Source of the DNA: Chiloscyllium plagiosum
Taxonomy: Eukaryota
Length of the DNA stretch: 64,000 bases
Assembly: GCF_004010195.1 (NCBI RefSeq)
Contig: NW_025215227.1
Location: 1-64,000, forward strand
Reading direction: 5' to 3'
The position numbers and the translations under genes are program-made. This document shows, piece after piece, positions 14,400-28,182 of this stretch; positions within the stretch are counted from its first letter, which is position 1, and every line of letters begins with the position of its first letter. Below the pieces are notes generated by a model. The model searched no databases. It was given only the letters and a program-made list of their open reading frames with translations, and was not told the DNA's origin.

Positions 14400-16560
14400 C
14401 ACAAAAAGCTGGCATGCAGCCACAACAATCAAATGAGCTTTGTAAGAGGATTTAATTACACAAGTAAAGATGGCTTTAATTGCAGAAAGCCTTGGGGAGA
14501 TCACACCAAGTTTTGGTCTCCTCATCTAAGGAATAACATACATACCGAAGAGGGGATACAACAGGAATTCATCAGACTGATCTTCAGGATGACAGGCTTG
14601 TATATTGAGTCGTTACTGAAAGCTAGGGTCTAAATTCTCTGGGATTTCCAAGAACCAGGAGCGATCTCACAGAAACTTACAAACAAGACATGACAAGGTG
14701 GATGTCAGTAAGATGCTTCCTCTCGCTGGTGAAATTATAATGGGGAACAAAGAAGTGGCTTACAAGCTAAACTCATACTCCGGTTCTGTCTTCACAAAGG
14801 AGGACATGAATAACATACCAGAAATGATGGAGAACACAAAGTTTAGTGAGAGGGAGGAATTTAAGCAAACCTACATTAGTAGAGAAATGGTGTTACAGAA
14901 ATTGATGGGCTCAAAGGCTGCTAAATCCCCAGGGCCTGATAATCTACATCCAAGTGTACTCATGGAAATTGCCCTAAAACCAGTGGATGCAATAGTGGAT
15001 ATAATCCAAGATTCTTTCGACTGTGAAACATTTCCCACAGATTAGAAGGTAGTTAATGTAACCCCCCACTGTTTAAAAAAGTGAGGTCAAGAGAAAACAA
15101 GGAATTATAGACCAGTGAATAGATCTAACTAATTCAAACTTTCTTCATCTGTTAGTTCCGTCATCGGAGGAATCAATTTCGTAAACTTTGCTGCATTCCC
15201 TCTTAAGCAAGAACATCCTATTGTAACATCACAAATAGAAAAGACGCTCAAGTCCATTATCAAGGATTTTATAGCAGAGCTCTTAGAAAATAATTGTAGA
15301 ATCAAACACAGCAAAGATGGATTTAGAAAAGGGCAATTATGCTCAACAAATCTACTGGAACTCTGAGGATATAACTAGAAGGGGGATCCAATGCATATGG
15401 TTTATTTGGACTTTCAGAAGATTTTTGACAAAAATTGCATGTAAAAGATTGATCTGTAAAATCAAAATACATGGGATTGGGACTAGTATATTGAAACAGA
15501 TAGAAAATTGGTTGACAGTCAGGTAACAAAGTAGGAATAAAATAGGACTTCTTCTGAATGGCAGGCAGTGACTAGTAAAGGATCAAAGGGATTGGTACAC
15601 CGACTCCAGATATTCACAATATTTGTTAATGATTCAGATGAGGGAACTAAATCGAAAATCTCAAAATTTGCAGATGAAACAAAGCTGTGTGAGCTGTGAG
15701 GAGGGTGCAGAGATTTTGCAGTGTGATTTGGACAGGCTGAGTAATGAGCAAATGCTTGTTAAATGCAGTATAATAATGGATACATGTAATGTTATCCAAC
15801 TTGGTAGCAAAAATAAGGCAGCCGATTATTATTTGAATGGCTGTAAATTGATAGACGAACACGTTCAAGACCTGTTTTTCCTTCATTGAAAGTAAGCAAG
15901 CAGGTACAGCAATCAGGAAAGAAAGAAAACTGTATATTGGCCTTAATAGCAAGAGGATTCAAGTACAGGAAAAAAGGTATCTTGCTGCAATTATACAGTG
16001 CATTGATGAGACCACACCTTATTTTTTATGTAATCTTGATCTCATCTGAGGAAGAATGTTCTTGCTATAGAGGAAGTGCAGCAAAGTTTTCCATATTGAT
16101 TCATGGGATGGCAAGACCGACATATGGAGAGAAATTTCGTCAGTTAGGTTTGTATTCACTGTTTAGAAGAATTAGAGGGAAACCCATATAAACCTATAAA
16201 CGTCTAACAGGATAGATGCAGGAAGGACGCCCCCAATTGTGGGGTACTTCAGAACCACGTGCTATAGTTTGAGGGTAAGGGGCAAATCTTTTAGGATGGA
16301 TGTGGGGAAAAATTTCTTTACCCAAAGAGTAGTGAACCTGTGCAATTCCCAGCTGCAGAAAGTGGCTGAGGCAAAAATATTGTCGTTTGAAGAAGGACAA
16401 AGAAATAGCTCTTGGGGCTAAAGAGATGAATGGATATGGGAGGAGAGCTGGATGTGGGTCCTAAGTTCATTGATCAGCCATGGTCATATTGAACGATGAA
16501 GCAGGTTTGAAGGGTCAAATTAACCCTGCTCCTATCCTCTATGTTTCTATGAGCCTAGAA
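14400..16560 (+). mobile_element. Decayed CR1 LINE ORF2 fragments
   Basis: KSPGPDNLHP (14698..15045), LYSALMRPHL (15886..16191) and a CR1 3' end near 16550. Confidence 0.85.
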
Positions 16561-16989
16561 CCAGAGAATACAATCTCAATGATTATTCGCCGATTTAAGA
16601 CAGAAAGGAGGAGGACTTTCTTCACTCAGAAGGCGCTGAATTGTTCAAATTCTGTACTACACCAACAGAATGTGGACGACTAATTTAGCATGTTCAAGAC
16701 AGGGATGGATAAATTTCTGGAGACTAATGACATCAAGGATATGGAGAGAAGAACATCGCAGAGGTTTACTATGTACACATACATATGTATTGAGATAGAT
16801 GATTTGCCAGGACCTAGAAAATGATCAGGCTCGAGATAGTGAATGGTCTATTTCCATGCCCTCGTTCCGATATCAAACATCAACTCGTACTTCCTTTCCA
16901 GAACAACAAATGGGTTCACTTCCACAACTTTGCAGTATGACCTTTATTTACCCACACTCCAAACTTCCAACATGATCACGTATTGCTGA

Positions 16990-17310
16990 CTTTGCTTGCA
17001 GCAAAGCAGACTCATTTTCTCTTTTTCACATCTTCATTTACTTCCATTTTACATCACCAACTCTTTTTCACCATGAGAACCCACCCCTCTGCCTTTTGCA
17101 CTGAACACGCCACCATCTTTTCCACTCTCACTTCCTACTCCTTCATCAATAGCAAAAGAACCACTTTCCAGCCCCTTTTGGTTCTGAAGAAGTCATATCC
17201 AACTCGAAATGTTAACTCTGTTTCTCTCTCCACAAATGCTGTCAGACCTGCACACTGTCTCCAGCACTTCCTATATTTATTTCAGATTTCCATCATCTGG
17301 AGTGTTTTCC
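16990..17310 (+). mobile_element. Old PLE 3' end (family C)
   Basis: ttCTGAAGAagtcatatccaactcGAAAtgttaactctg near 17182, plus the downstream terminal sequence shared with other family C copies. Confidence 0.55.
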
Positions 17311-19184
17311 TTTTACACTGTCTGTACTTGGGCTGTGCAAATGGTGCATATGCAACTCATATGCTCTGAAGTCTGATAAAATAGAGAATGAAGAATGTGG
17401 AAAAAATGAAGTTTTGAAGGGCAAACGTAACAATTTCTGTTACAACACCTATGAGGTTAGGTTCAGAATAACATACGTGTCGAAGGTCACTTGTTTTCAT
17501 TATCAGAAACTGCAGTCCAACTCAGCCTGCAGTGCTTTTAAAAATAACAGGCCTGCAAACTAATTGCTGGTAATCATGACGCAAACAGTTTCCAAGACAT
17601 CAGCCAGATTCTGGAGTGCTTGTTCTCGCAATCCCTCATCTGTTTATACTCACATAAGCAGTTTGACAATGCAATCACTGCATCCCATTTCTCTCTTGTA
17701 GCTGCTAAATTATATCAGATCTATTCTTGCAACTAACTAGATACCTTGTGGCTTGATTTTAACTAAATTGACATGAAGGTTGCATTTCATCTTTGTTGTA
17801 CCTGTAGAGTTTCAGTTACACTAGAAATACCTCATGAAAGACATTTTTCAGACAGATTTTCAGAAACTATGAACAATGTAGTGTCTGGTTACATTCCTAC
17901 ACTGCTCCTGCTTTCCTTCAGTGCTTCCACCATATTTTCACTGATCAGAGTCAGCATTCCTAACTCTAGTTTACAGGAAGTACCAAGTCAATGAAGAAAA
18001 TATTGCTAATACTCTGTAACAGCTCTGTTTGTCCTATTTTGGACAGATGAGCTTCATTGTGAAAAAAACTTGCAACCTATCTGAACAGGAAAGTAAGAAC
18101 TTGGCCTTTTTAGTTCTTGTTATTTTGCTTCTGTTCCTTATTTCTGAAAGATTATTTATTCTAAACAAATCCTGGAAAGTACATGACAGTTACAATGCCA
18201 TTTTCTTCATTGTCACAGAATGTATAAAGTGTGCTGCCAATGGGAAATAGGGAATTTCACTGCTGGAAGGAAGAGCAATGTGAAGATTAAGTCATCACAT
18301 GTCATTTTACTGAATATTCCAGAAGCCCACTATCTGCCAGTCTATGCTAACTAGGACTGCCAAGCCACACAGGTCCATCTTTCCTAAAAGCAAAACATAA
18401 ATTAAGTGGATTACAATTTACAACAAAATATCCTGCAGAAATTGCAACTGCTTCCTATCTTCACTGTGGAATACTCCAGCTCTAACTGTAAATTGGAATC
18501 TCCTTTGTTCTCAATATCACCCACCAGAGCGAACAGCTTGCTTGTATCTACTTTATCATTCCTTTATTATTTTCAATACTTCGATTAATCAGTCCTCAAG
18601 ATTACAGAATGTAAATTAATAAGCTAATTCATGCAGCCTTTCCACATAAAACATAATTCTTGAAGCCCAAATATACAGTCATGAATCTGTGTTCCACCCA
18701 CCCCAAAGTTAAAATATCCTTCTGATGTACGCTGCCTTTATCAAAATACTTTACTTCAGGTGAAATCTGATCAAGGGTATGTACAAACAAAACATAACTT
18801 TCTCTTTGTATTCCAATCTTCTGGAATACAAGGAGCTACCAATACATTTTGACTGTTTATGAGACTGATGCACTAGCATTTAGGAATTCTGACATGAATC
18901 AAAGTGGGATGTTTTTGCGGATTGAACCTGAATGCAAAAATGGGAGGAAAATGACCACAGCAAAAGAAGAGTGGGGAAAAAAATACTTTACCGGGGGAAT
19001 TATAAAATAGCTGACAAAAATATCAAGTAGAATGAAAAATAAGCACATTCACTGGCTGTCAGTGGCATCATAATAACTTGTGGTCTATCAAAAGACAGAT
19101 CCTTTGTACATTCCAGATCTCTGGACCCTGGTCTTTCCAGATCTCTGCATCCTGTGCCAGCCTTTTTATTTGCTAAAAAACTAC

Positions 19185-21020
19185 TTTAGAACATAGAACG
19201 ATACAGCGCAGAACAGGCCCTTCCACCCTTAATGTTGTACCGACCTGTGAACTAATCTAAGCCCATCCTCCTACACGATCCCATCATCATCCATTTGCTT
19301 ATCCAAGGATTGTTTAAATGCCCCTTATGTGGCTGAGTTAACTACATTGGCAGGCAGGGCATTCCACGCCCTTACCACTCTCTCAGTGAAGAACCTGCAT
19401 CTGACATCTGTCTTACATCTATCACCCCTCAATTTGCAGCTATGACCATTTGTACAAGCTGACATCATTATTCTAGGAAAAAGACTTTCACTATCTACCT
19501 TAGCTAATCCTCTGATCATCTTGTCGGTCTCTATCAAATCCCCTCTTAGCCTTCTTCTTTCCAATGAAAATAGACCCAAGTCTCTCAGCCTTTTCTCAAG
19601 ATCTTCACTCCAGACCAGACAACACCCTGGTAAATCTCCTCTGCACCTTTTCCAATTCTTCCACATTCTTCATATAAGCAGAACTGTACACAATATTCCA
19701 AGTGCGGCTGCACTAGTGTTTTGTACAGTTGCAGCCTGACATGACAGTTCCGGAACTCAATTTTTCTACCAATAAAACCTAACACACTGTATACCTTCTT
19801 AACAGCACTATCAATCTGGGTGGCAACTTTCAGGGATCTATGTAGATGGACACCAAGATCCCTCTGCACATCTACACTACCAAGAATCTTTCTACTGACC
19901 CAATATTCTGCCTTCCTGTTGTCCTTCCCAAAATGAACCACCTCACATTTATCTGCATTGAACTCCAGTGCAGGTTTACAACAATTCTACCTGCGATGGA
20001 AGGTGCTAGCTATGAAGAGAGGTTGAATAGGTTAGGTTTGTTTTAATTAGAACAAAGGACATTGAGGGGGGAACCTGTTCGAGGTTTACAAAATCATGAA
20101 GAGTGTCGACAGGGTAGAGAGAGACAAGCTTTTTCCCTGGGTGAAGGATTCCATAACGAGAGGGAACGCTTTCAAGGTGAGAGGTGGAACATTTAAGGGG
20201 GAATACACGCGGCAAGTACTTCACACAGAGGCATGTGCTTATCCCTTTCCATTGCTGAACTAAACGTAACCGAATTATGGTCAGTCTCTCCAAAGTGCTC
20301 ACCTAACACCAAATTAATCACCTGGCCTGATTCATTACCAAGCACCAGATCCAGTGTGGCCTCTCCCCTTGTTGGCCCTTTGACATACTGTATCAGGAAA
20401 CCCTCCTGTATACATTGGACTGATCCATCCGACATACTAGAGTTATAGCATTTCCAGTCAATGTTGGGAAAGCTAAAGTCCCCATAATGACTACCCTGTT
20501 CCTTTCAATCTACCCAGAATCGTTCTGCTGAACCTCTCCTCGACTTCCCAGGAGCTCTGCGGAGGCCTACAAAAAACTCCCAGCACTGTGGCCTCTCCTC
20601 TCCAGTTTCTAACTTTGGCCCATAACACCTCAGTGGACGTGTCCTCACCAAAAGTTCTTTCAGCCACCGTTATACTGTCCTTGACTAAAAAGGCCACACC
20701 TCCCCCTCTTTGACCACCTTCCCTGTTCTTAATGAAAGATCTAAATCCTACAACATCAGTTCCTAACCCTGATCTATCCAGGTCTCTGAAATAGCCACAA
20801 CATCAAAGTCCCAGGTACCTATTCTTGCTCTAAGCTCACCTTCCTTATTACGGATACTTCTGGTGTTGAAGTAGACACACTTCAAACCAGCTTGCTGTCT
20901 GCCAGCACATTCCTGTGACCATGAAATCTTGCCCATGCCCTCCCTATTCTCATCCACCAGTGCACTGGAACTACATCTCAGGTTCCCACCCCCCTGCTGA
21001 GCTAGGTTTGAAGCCAACTG
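19185..21020 (-). mobile_element. Rearranged CR1: 3' end (-), inverted 3' piece (+, about 19967-20232), APE endonuclease region (-)
   Basis: ORF 19585..19941 (RT C-terminus) and ORF 20763..21017 (LKCVYFNTRSIRNK...VVAISETW, APE motif I). Confidence 0.8.
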
Positions 21021-21129
21021 GTATTAACATTTTCTTCCTTCCTCGTTCCCATTGAGACCTTCCCTCTACAATGTACTTAATAGATCTGCTTCCTCTTAAT
21101 ATGCCCAACCCAGACACAACCTGTCCTGA

Positions 21130-21495
21130 ATTATTCAAGAAAAGTCTTGGTTCAGATACATTCCACAGTACTTCAGAGAATCCCTGCAGTGCAGATAGAG
21201 GCCAATTGGCAAATCAAGTGGGCACCAACCCTTCGAAGCACATCTCACCCAGACCCACCACGCCCCAACGTATCCCCGTAACCAAGCATTTTACCACAGC
21301 TAAACCACGTAGCCTGTATATTCCTGGACACTATACAGTAACTTAACATGGTCAATCCACCTTGAATGCACATCTTCAGATTGTAGGAGGAAACCAGAGC
21401 ACTCAGCGTAAACTCACAAAAGATATGAGTGGGATGCTCTTCAGAGGGTGCAGCCTCGATGGGCCAAATGGCCTCTTTATACATTATAGGGATTC
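21130..21495. mobile_element. Diverged SINE/CR1-tail fragments
   Basis: Similarity to the HE1-like body (cacatcttcagattgtaggaggaaaccagagcac). Confidence 0.55.
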
Positions 21496-21509
21496 TATGA
21501 TTCAATGAC

Positions 21510-22490
21510 ATAGGTATCGGTGGCTGGTCAGCATTTATTGCCTGTCCCTGCTTGCCCTCGAGAATGTGAAAGTAAGCTGTTTTCTTGAACCACTGCAGTC
21601 CATTTGATGTAGGAAGACCATCAATGCCCTTAGAAAGGGAATTCCAGGATTTCAACCCAGCAACAATGAAGCAACAGTGGTATATTTCTGAATTAAGATG
21701 GTGAGTGACTGAGAGGGAACTTGCAGCTGGTGGTATTCCCATGTATCTGCTGCCCTTGTCCTTCCTGATGGAAATGGTCACATGGTTGCAAGACGCTGTC
21801 TCAACATCTTTTACAAATTTCTGGGTCGCATCTCGCAGATAGTACACACTGCTGCCACTGAGCATCAGTGGTGAACGAAGTAGATGCTTGCGTATGTGGT
21901 GCAAACAAGAAGGCATGAATTGTACTGGATGGTGGCAAACTTATTGAGTGATCTTGGAGCTGTACCCAACCAGGTCATCCTTGATTTGTGCTTTGTAGAT
22001 GACGACAGGCTTTGGGGAATCAGGTGATCAGTTATTTACTGCAGCCTTCCTAGCCTCTGACCTGCTTTTATAGCCACTGCACTTATATGGTGAGTCCAGT
22101 TGTGTTTCTGGTCAAGGGTAACCCCAGGGATGCTGATTGTGGAGATTCAGTGATGGGAACATGAATGTCAAGGTGATGTGGTTAGATTGTCTCTTCTTGG
22201 AGATGGTTATTGCCTGACATTTGTGTGCCACAAACATGAATTGCCACTTTTAGCCCCAACCCAGATTCTGTCCAGGCCTTGCTGCATTTGTACATGGACT
22301 GCTTCAGTATCTGAGGAGTCATGAATAGTGCTGAACACATTGTGTAATTATCAGAAAATAACACCCCCCCACTTCTGACTTATGATGGAGGGAAGGTAAA
22401 TGATAAAGCAATTTGAAGAATGGTTGGGCCAAGGACATGACTCTAAAGAATTCCTGCAGAAATGTCCTGGTCCAGGATCCAGTAATTGGA
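21510..22490 (-). mobile_element. CR1/L2-group LINE 3' fragment of a different family
   Basis: ORF 21245..21916 includes ...IVAGLKSWNSL. Related shorter copies near 3440-3630 and 24910-25190. Confidence 0.65.
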
Positions 22491-25294
22491 GTCAATAATT
22501 AGAAGTGAAGGGAAAACAAATCTATATACATCTATATACATATATGAAAGCTGGACAACTAAAATATGGCAGTGGACAGGTCTAGCAATTAAAAGGGAAA
22601 GGCAGATGACAGAATGGATTATGAAGCAATTTGAAAAGTTGGGACATGACACTTGCAAAGAATTCATAACAAGGGAATGCAAATAGAAGATTTCACTAAT
22701 AGGCCAATAGGAGATAATACTTCACAAAACTGATAAGAATATAAAACGTACTGAATGCAACAGGAGACTTGGTGCGCATATGAATAAGCTAATAGAGGGG
22801 CAGAAGTAATTAAAAATGGGAGGAGGCATGTCTGCACTATTAACACTGCAATAGACCAATTAGGTTCAATTGTCCACTTCTGTTATTGAAGTCTATGAAA
22901 TTTTACATAGAGTTATATTACATCAATGTAATTCCCAGGAAAATAACAAATATTTTCCATACTGAGGCAGGTGCGCAAGTACATGTTCCCACAAATGAAT
23001 TATCAGAAATAATTAGAAGAGAACATAGATACTTTTATTATCCTCTTTGCATAGTAAGGCACATCTGATGCATTGTTTATAAGTAAATCCAAGGATGTAT
23101 TACTACAGAAAGAAGCATTATGATTTGAAAAGTTTAGTTTTAAATCAATAAATTTTAAAAGACCACTATTCTTCCACTCGCTATCCACTCAAATTGAAGG
23201 CAACTGCAATTCAAATTATGAACACAACTGTTGCTCATATAACACTCATATTAAAAAGTTACGAATAAAAAATGGTCTTTTGATTCAGTTAACCCAAGCT
23301 TGATTATATCATATCTCTCAGGTTTACTTTACGTGTATGCCTTTCATTATAGAAATTCTGTACACTTCTAGGATGCTTTCTTTTGTGACATTAAGCCAGT
23401 CTCTCGCTCATACACTAACACACAGATTCCCATAAGCAGCCGTAATCTTACATGCCTCACTCTCAGTGCCCAAAGATCTCTATTTCCTTTTTGTACTGCT
23501 CGCAAAACAAAGCTTTTTACAGTACTTCGGTACATGTGACCATAATAAATCAGACCAAACCATTGCCAACAGATGCTCTCACCATATTCACACATTCATC
23601 CATGTGTCCATACCATACTAGTAGTGTTCACAAATCCTCTTATTGACTCTATTTTGAAACACGGGAAAATATACACTAACTCTTCTACTCTTTCCCCTCG
23701 CACCATCTCTCACATTTCCCATACACAACGGCACTCATTCACAATTTTTCATCTCAAAAACGACTGAATTCTTGGTCAACACATCTTTTCTCCACCCGAC
23801 GTAACACTGTTTCTCATGCTGAAATCTTATTACCCTCACCTACATTCTTTTACAAACCAACCCACACGACTTATAACATTGCACCTTACTGTCCTCTCAC
23901 ATATTCATTCACAAATCACCACATTAAAACACAAACATAGCTCTCCTCTACTTACACAAACTTTCTCTTCTATTCTCTTGCTCCAAACTGACAGTATACA
24001 CATCCATTCTCTCTGTCCAACATGCAAAGGATGTTGTTCATTCTCTGACACATAAGTACCCTCTCACATAATCCTACTATTTGTAATGTGTGCCAAAAGC
24101 ATTCTCTTTCCTTGTCTCTGTACTTCACAGGCACAGTAACAATTTTGTACATCAATATCAACATCAGGAAGTATTTACTGTAACTTCATTTTTTCGTTGA
24201 GGTGGGGCGGGAAGAGAGAGAAAAGAAAAACTTCAGCATGTACTTAATTGGCGTGGTGAGAAGAACAGTTCTTGTTGTTAATTTGCTCTTTAGAGGTTGT
24301 GCAAACAAGGAAGAAATTAACTTTCTGCCTCAAATTGTTCTGACAGCAATAAGAATTAACTACATAGTCAGGGATTGGAGTTAATGTCAGCCAGGATCTT
24401 TTTCACTGGAGTTCCTCCAAAGGTTCAACAGCTTCCATGATGCTAGCTTATAAATAATTAGATTTACTTAATTACATGAATTGCCAAAGTGAATTTAAAC
24501 TCCAGACTGTTAAATTGATGTCCAGTGTCATATCAAATATCATACTTTTTTAAAAGAACAAATTGCTATTTTAAGGAATGTCGACTGCATTAACAAAGAA
24601 TCTTGTGGAGTTCTGGCAAAACATCTAAACTGGAGACATTAATTTATATCATTCCTCCACAGATGGTGACTCTGAAATACGGGGTGTCTTGATTTCAGCT
24701 TGCCAAAATCTTCACTTTTTTTATTTTGTAAATAAACAATAATTTTCATCATTTGCTTATTTTCGGCCCAAACCTGGCTTCTGGAGAGAGAAGGAAAAAA
24801 TGTTCATCATTAAGTAACATGAACCAGAGTCAATCACAAGGAATCAGGATGTTTCAGACTTCTACTTGGATTATGCCTTTCATATCCAGAGAAATGTTCC
24901 AAACGCATTTTTTTATACTTTCATGGTATGGGAGTGCTCTGACATCAGCAGCCTCTATTGCCCCATCAAGGCGGTGGTGAACTGCCTTTAAGAACCATTG
25001 CATTAGGTCTGCAGGTGTACCCACAGTTAGGAAAGGAATTCCAAGTTTTTAAACCACCAACAAATGTAAGATGATTTCATATCAGGATCATGTGGGATTT
25101 GGAAGATAACTTACCAATGGTGGTGGTGAGCCCAACTTCATCTATCTAAATGACAAGGTTGTGGATTTGGAAGATACTGTTAAAGGAGGCTACAATATTA
25201 TCTTCAGCGTACAACAAAACTAAAAGTATATTTCTGAAAAAAAATCAAAAATGGCCAAATAATGCTAAAACAATACAACAAGAAAATACTGGAT

Positions 25295-26980
25295 GCATAA
25301 AGCCATAGAGCTGTACAGCACGGAAACAGATCCTTTGGTCCAATTCATCCATGCCGACGAGATATCCTGGTCCCATTTGCCAGCGTTTCACCCATATCCC
25401 TCTAAACCTTTCCTATTCAAATACACATCCAGATGCCTTTTAAATGTTGCAATTGTACAAGCCTCCACCACTTCCACATTCCATACACGCACCACCCTCT
25501 GCATGAAAAGGTTGCCACTTGGGTCAGTTTTAAATCATTACACTCTCACCCTAAACCTACGCCCTCAAGTTTTAGACTGCCCTGCCCTCAGGCAAAGATC
25601 TTGGCTATTCACCCTATCCATGCCCCTCAAGATTGTATATACCTGTATAAGATAACCCCTAAGCCGCCTCGCTCCAGGGAAAACAGCCCCAATCTACTCA
25701 GCTTCTCCTTGTAGTTCAAACCCTCCAACCCTGGCAACATCCTTGTAAATCTTTTCAGAGTCCTTTCAAGTTTCACAACATCCTTCCTAAAGCAGGGACA
25801 GCAGAGGTGAACGCAGTATTCCAAAAGTAGCCTAATCAATGTCCTGCACAGCTGCAACATGACCTCCCAATTCCTTTACTCAATGTACTGAGCAGTAAAG
25901 GAAAACATACTAAATGCTTTCTTCACTATCCAGTCGACCTGCGACTCCACTTTCAAGGAACTATCAACCTGCATTTCAAGATCTCTTTGTTCAGCAAGTG
26001 TATAAGTCCTGCCCTGATTTGCTTTTCCAAAACGCAGCAACTCACATTTATCTAAATTAAACTCCATCTGCCACTCCTCAGCCCATTGGCCCATCTGACC
26101 AGGATCCCATTGTATTCAGAGATAACCTTCTTCGCTGTCCATCACACTTCCAATTTTGGTGTCATCTACAAATTTACTAACCATACTTATTTCACACCCA
26201 AATCACTTATATAAAAATGACAAAAAGCGGTGGAGCCACAGTGATCCTTGTGGCACAGTGCTGGTCACAAGACTCCAATCTGAAAAGCCACCCTCCACCA
26301 CCACGCTCTGTCTTCTACCTTGGAGCCAGTTCAGTATCCATATGGCGATTTCTCCCTGTATTCCATGTGATTTAACCTGCTAACCAGTATACCATGAGAA
26401 ACATTGTCAATCACCTTATTAAAGTCCAGAAATCACGTCCACCGCTCTGCCTTCTTCAATCCTCTTTGTTACTTCTTCAAAAAATTCAAATCAACTTAGT
26501 AAGACATGATTTCCCATGCACAAAGCCATGTTGACTATCCATAATTAAGCCGTACCTTTCTAAATACAGGTATAAAATCCTTTATCTGAAAACCCAAAAT
26601 CCAATGTTTATCCGTGAAGTTTATTTTCTCCATAACAAGATTGTTTGGCATGTAAACAGTTAACACTCAGATGTGACGTGGTGGCGTGGCCCAGCACTGG
26701 CAAGCCTCAATTCTGTCTCAGCACTTGTAGTACTCACAGGTGCATCTGCTGTTCTGAAAGATTTTTTAAATTTCACCAAGAAACTGTCACTTATTCCAAA
26801 ATATGAAAAATTCCGAATTCTGAAAATCGGCTGGCCCAAAGGTTTCGGATAAAGGATTGTGTACCTGTACATGTAAATCCTGTCCCTCAGGATTCCTTCC
26901 AACAACTTGCCCACCACTGACATCAGGCTCACCAGTCTATAGTTATTTGGCTTTTGCTACCCATCTTTCTTAAATAGTGG
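25295..26980 (-). mobile_element. CR1 LINE RT fragment with nested MITE
   Basis: ORFs 25627..25860, 25876..26094 (WAEEWQMEFNLDKC) and 26660..26932 (SLMSVVGKLLEGIL). Confidence 0.9.
26567..26867. mobile_element. Tc1/mariner-pogo type MITE (301 bp)
   Basis: TIRs CAGGTATAAAATCCTTTATCTGAAA / TTTCGGATAAAGGATTGTGTACCTG. TA duplication at 26565-26566 and 26868-26869. The CR1 host resumes on both sides. Confidence 0.85.
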
Positions 26981-27035
26981 GAAGAATGTGTATTGGGTAT
27001 AAGCAGGCAGAGAAAGAGTCAAGTTCTGAGTTTTG

Positions 27036-27483
27036 TGAAACAAGAGTCTCAGCTGAGCATGACTCAGATCAGATAAAAACTTAGTTAACAATGGCATGCT
27101 GCAGGCAAGGATAATGGGTTAGCAAGGTGGAAAAGCATTCATGAGGTAGAGGCATTTAACAAGATGCAGTAGCATTCAGTATGTGAGGTCAGTTTAACAA
27201 GGTGATAAATATTCATTATGTGAAGCCAGTTATTCATTGTGTAACAGCAGATGATTTAATTTTTACTACTGACACTCACTGACTGTAACAGTCACCCAAT
27301 CAATATGTATGTCGCCTCATCTGGATGCTCCTCTCTGTAAAATGTCTATATAAAATTCATTGAGAAACTGCTGTTCCAGAGAAGACCGTGAACTCATGAC
27401 CCTGTGCATATGGGTGATCATTCGCTCTCCCTCCAGGGCCCAGAATAAAGACGAAAGATGTAAAACTACTGTATCTCTGAGCA
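27036..27483 (+). mobile_element. Probable solo LTR
   Basis: TG...CA ends with 5-bp TTTTG flanks (27031-27035, 27484-27488). Imperfect internal repeats, TATATAAAA near 27347, AATAAA at 27444. Confidence 0.5.
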
Positions 27484-27940
27484 TTTTGCTTCGTTTGAGG
27501 AGGGGGAATGGGATGACAGTGGCACATCAGCCAACCTTGCTGAGGAGAATGACAAACTGTGAGGGTTGCTCTGATGAATCTGATAAAGAAAAAAATAAAG
27601 AAATAATACCATAGAAATTCTTCTAATACAGACGTCAGTCATTTGGTCCATATTGCTTCTCCCAGTTCTCTGAAAGAACAACTTAGTTTGTCCCTGTTTT
27701 TGCATTCTACATCTAACTCAGTGTACAAACTCATTATTTTCTGCACTTTCTTTATTAACTCAATCACCCAGCTTTTGCATTTTACCTGCAAATCAGCTTG
27801 CGCAAAATTCATTATACTGGCAAAGATAATTATACTTGGGACAATTTAATTGGTTCACTTTCTGTTCCATGTATAGTGTGCTTAATGTTCAAATATAAAT
27901 TTTTGTTTCCATTTGCACTTGCTAGTTCCTGCCTATTATA

Positions 27941-28182
27941 GTTTTCTCCTTTTAATCAATATCAAATTTGAGACAACAAAATAAAGACAAAGAAAGATTG
28001 ACATAGTTTGGATAGTTTTCATTTTTTACAAAGCATTTGATTATTGGAAAATGTTTATATCAACCAATGCAATGAAAGCTGTGTGATATTATACATGTTG
28101 TGTTGCCTTAAACATGTCGTGTCAATCTTTCTTTGTCTTTATTTTGTTGTCTCAAATTTGATATTGATTAAAAGGAGAAAAC
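27941..28182. repeat. Perfect 63-bp inverted repeat with 116-bp spacer
   Basis: 27941-28003 is the exact reverse complement of 28120-28182. Confidence 0.95.
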
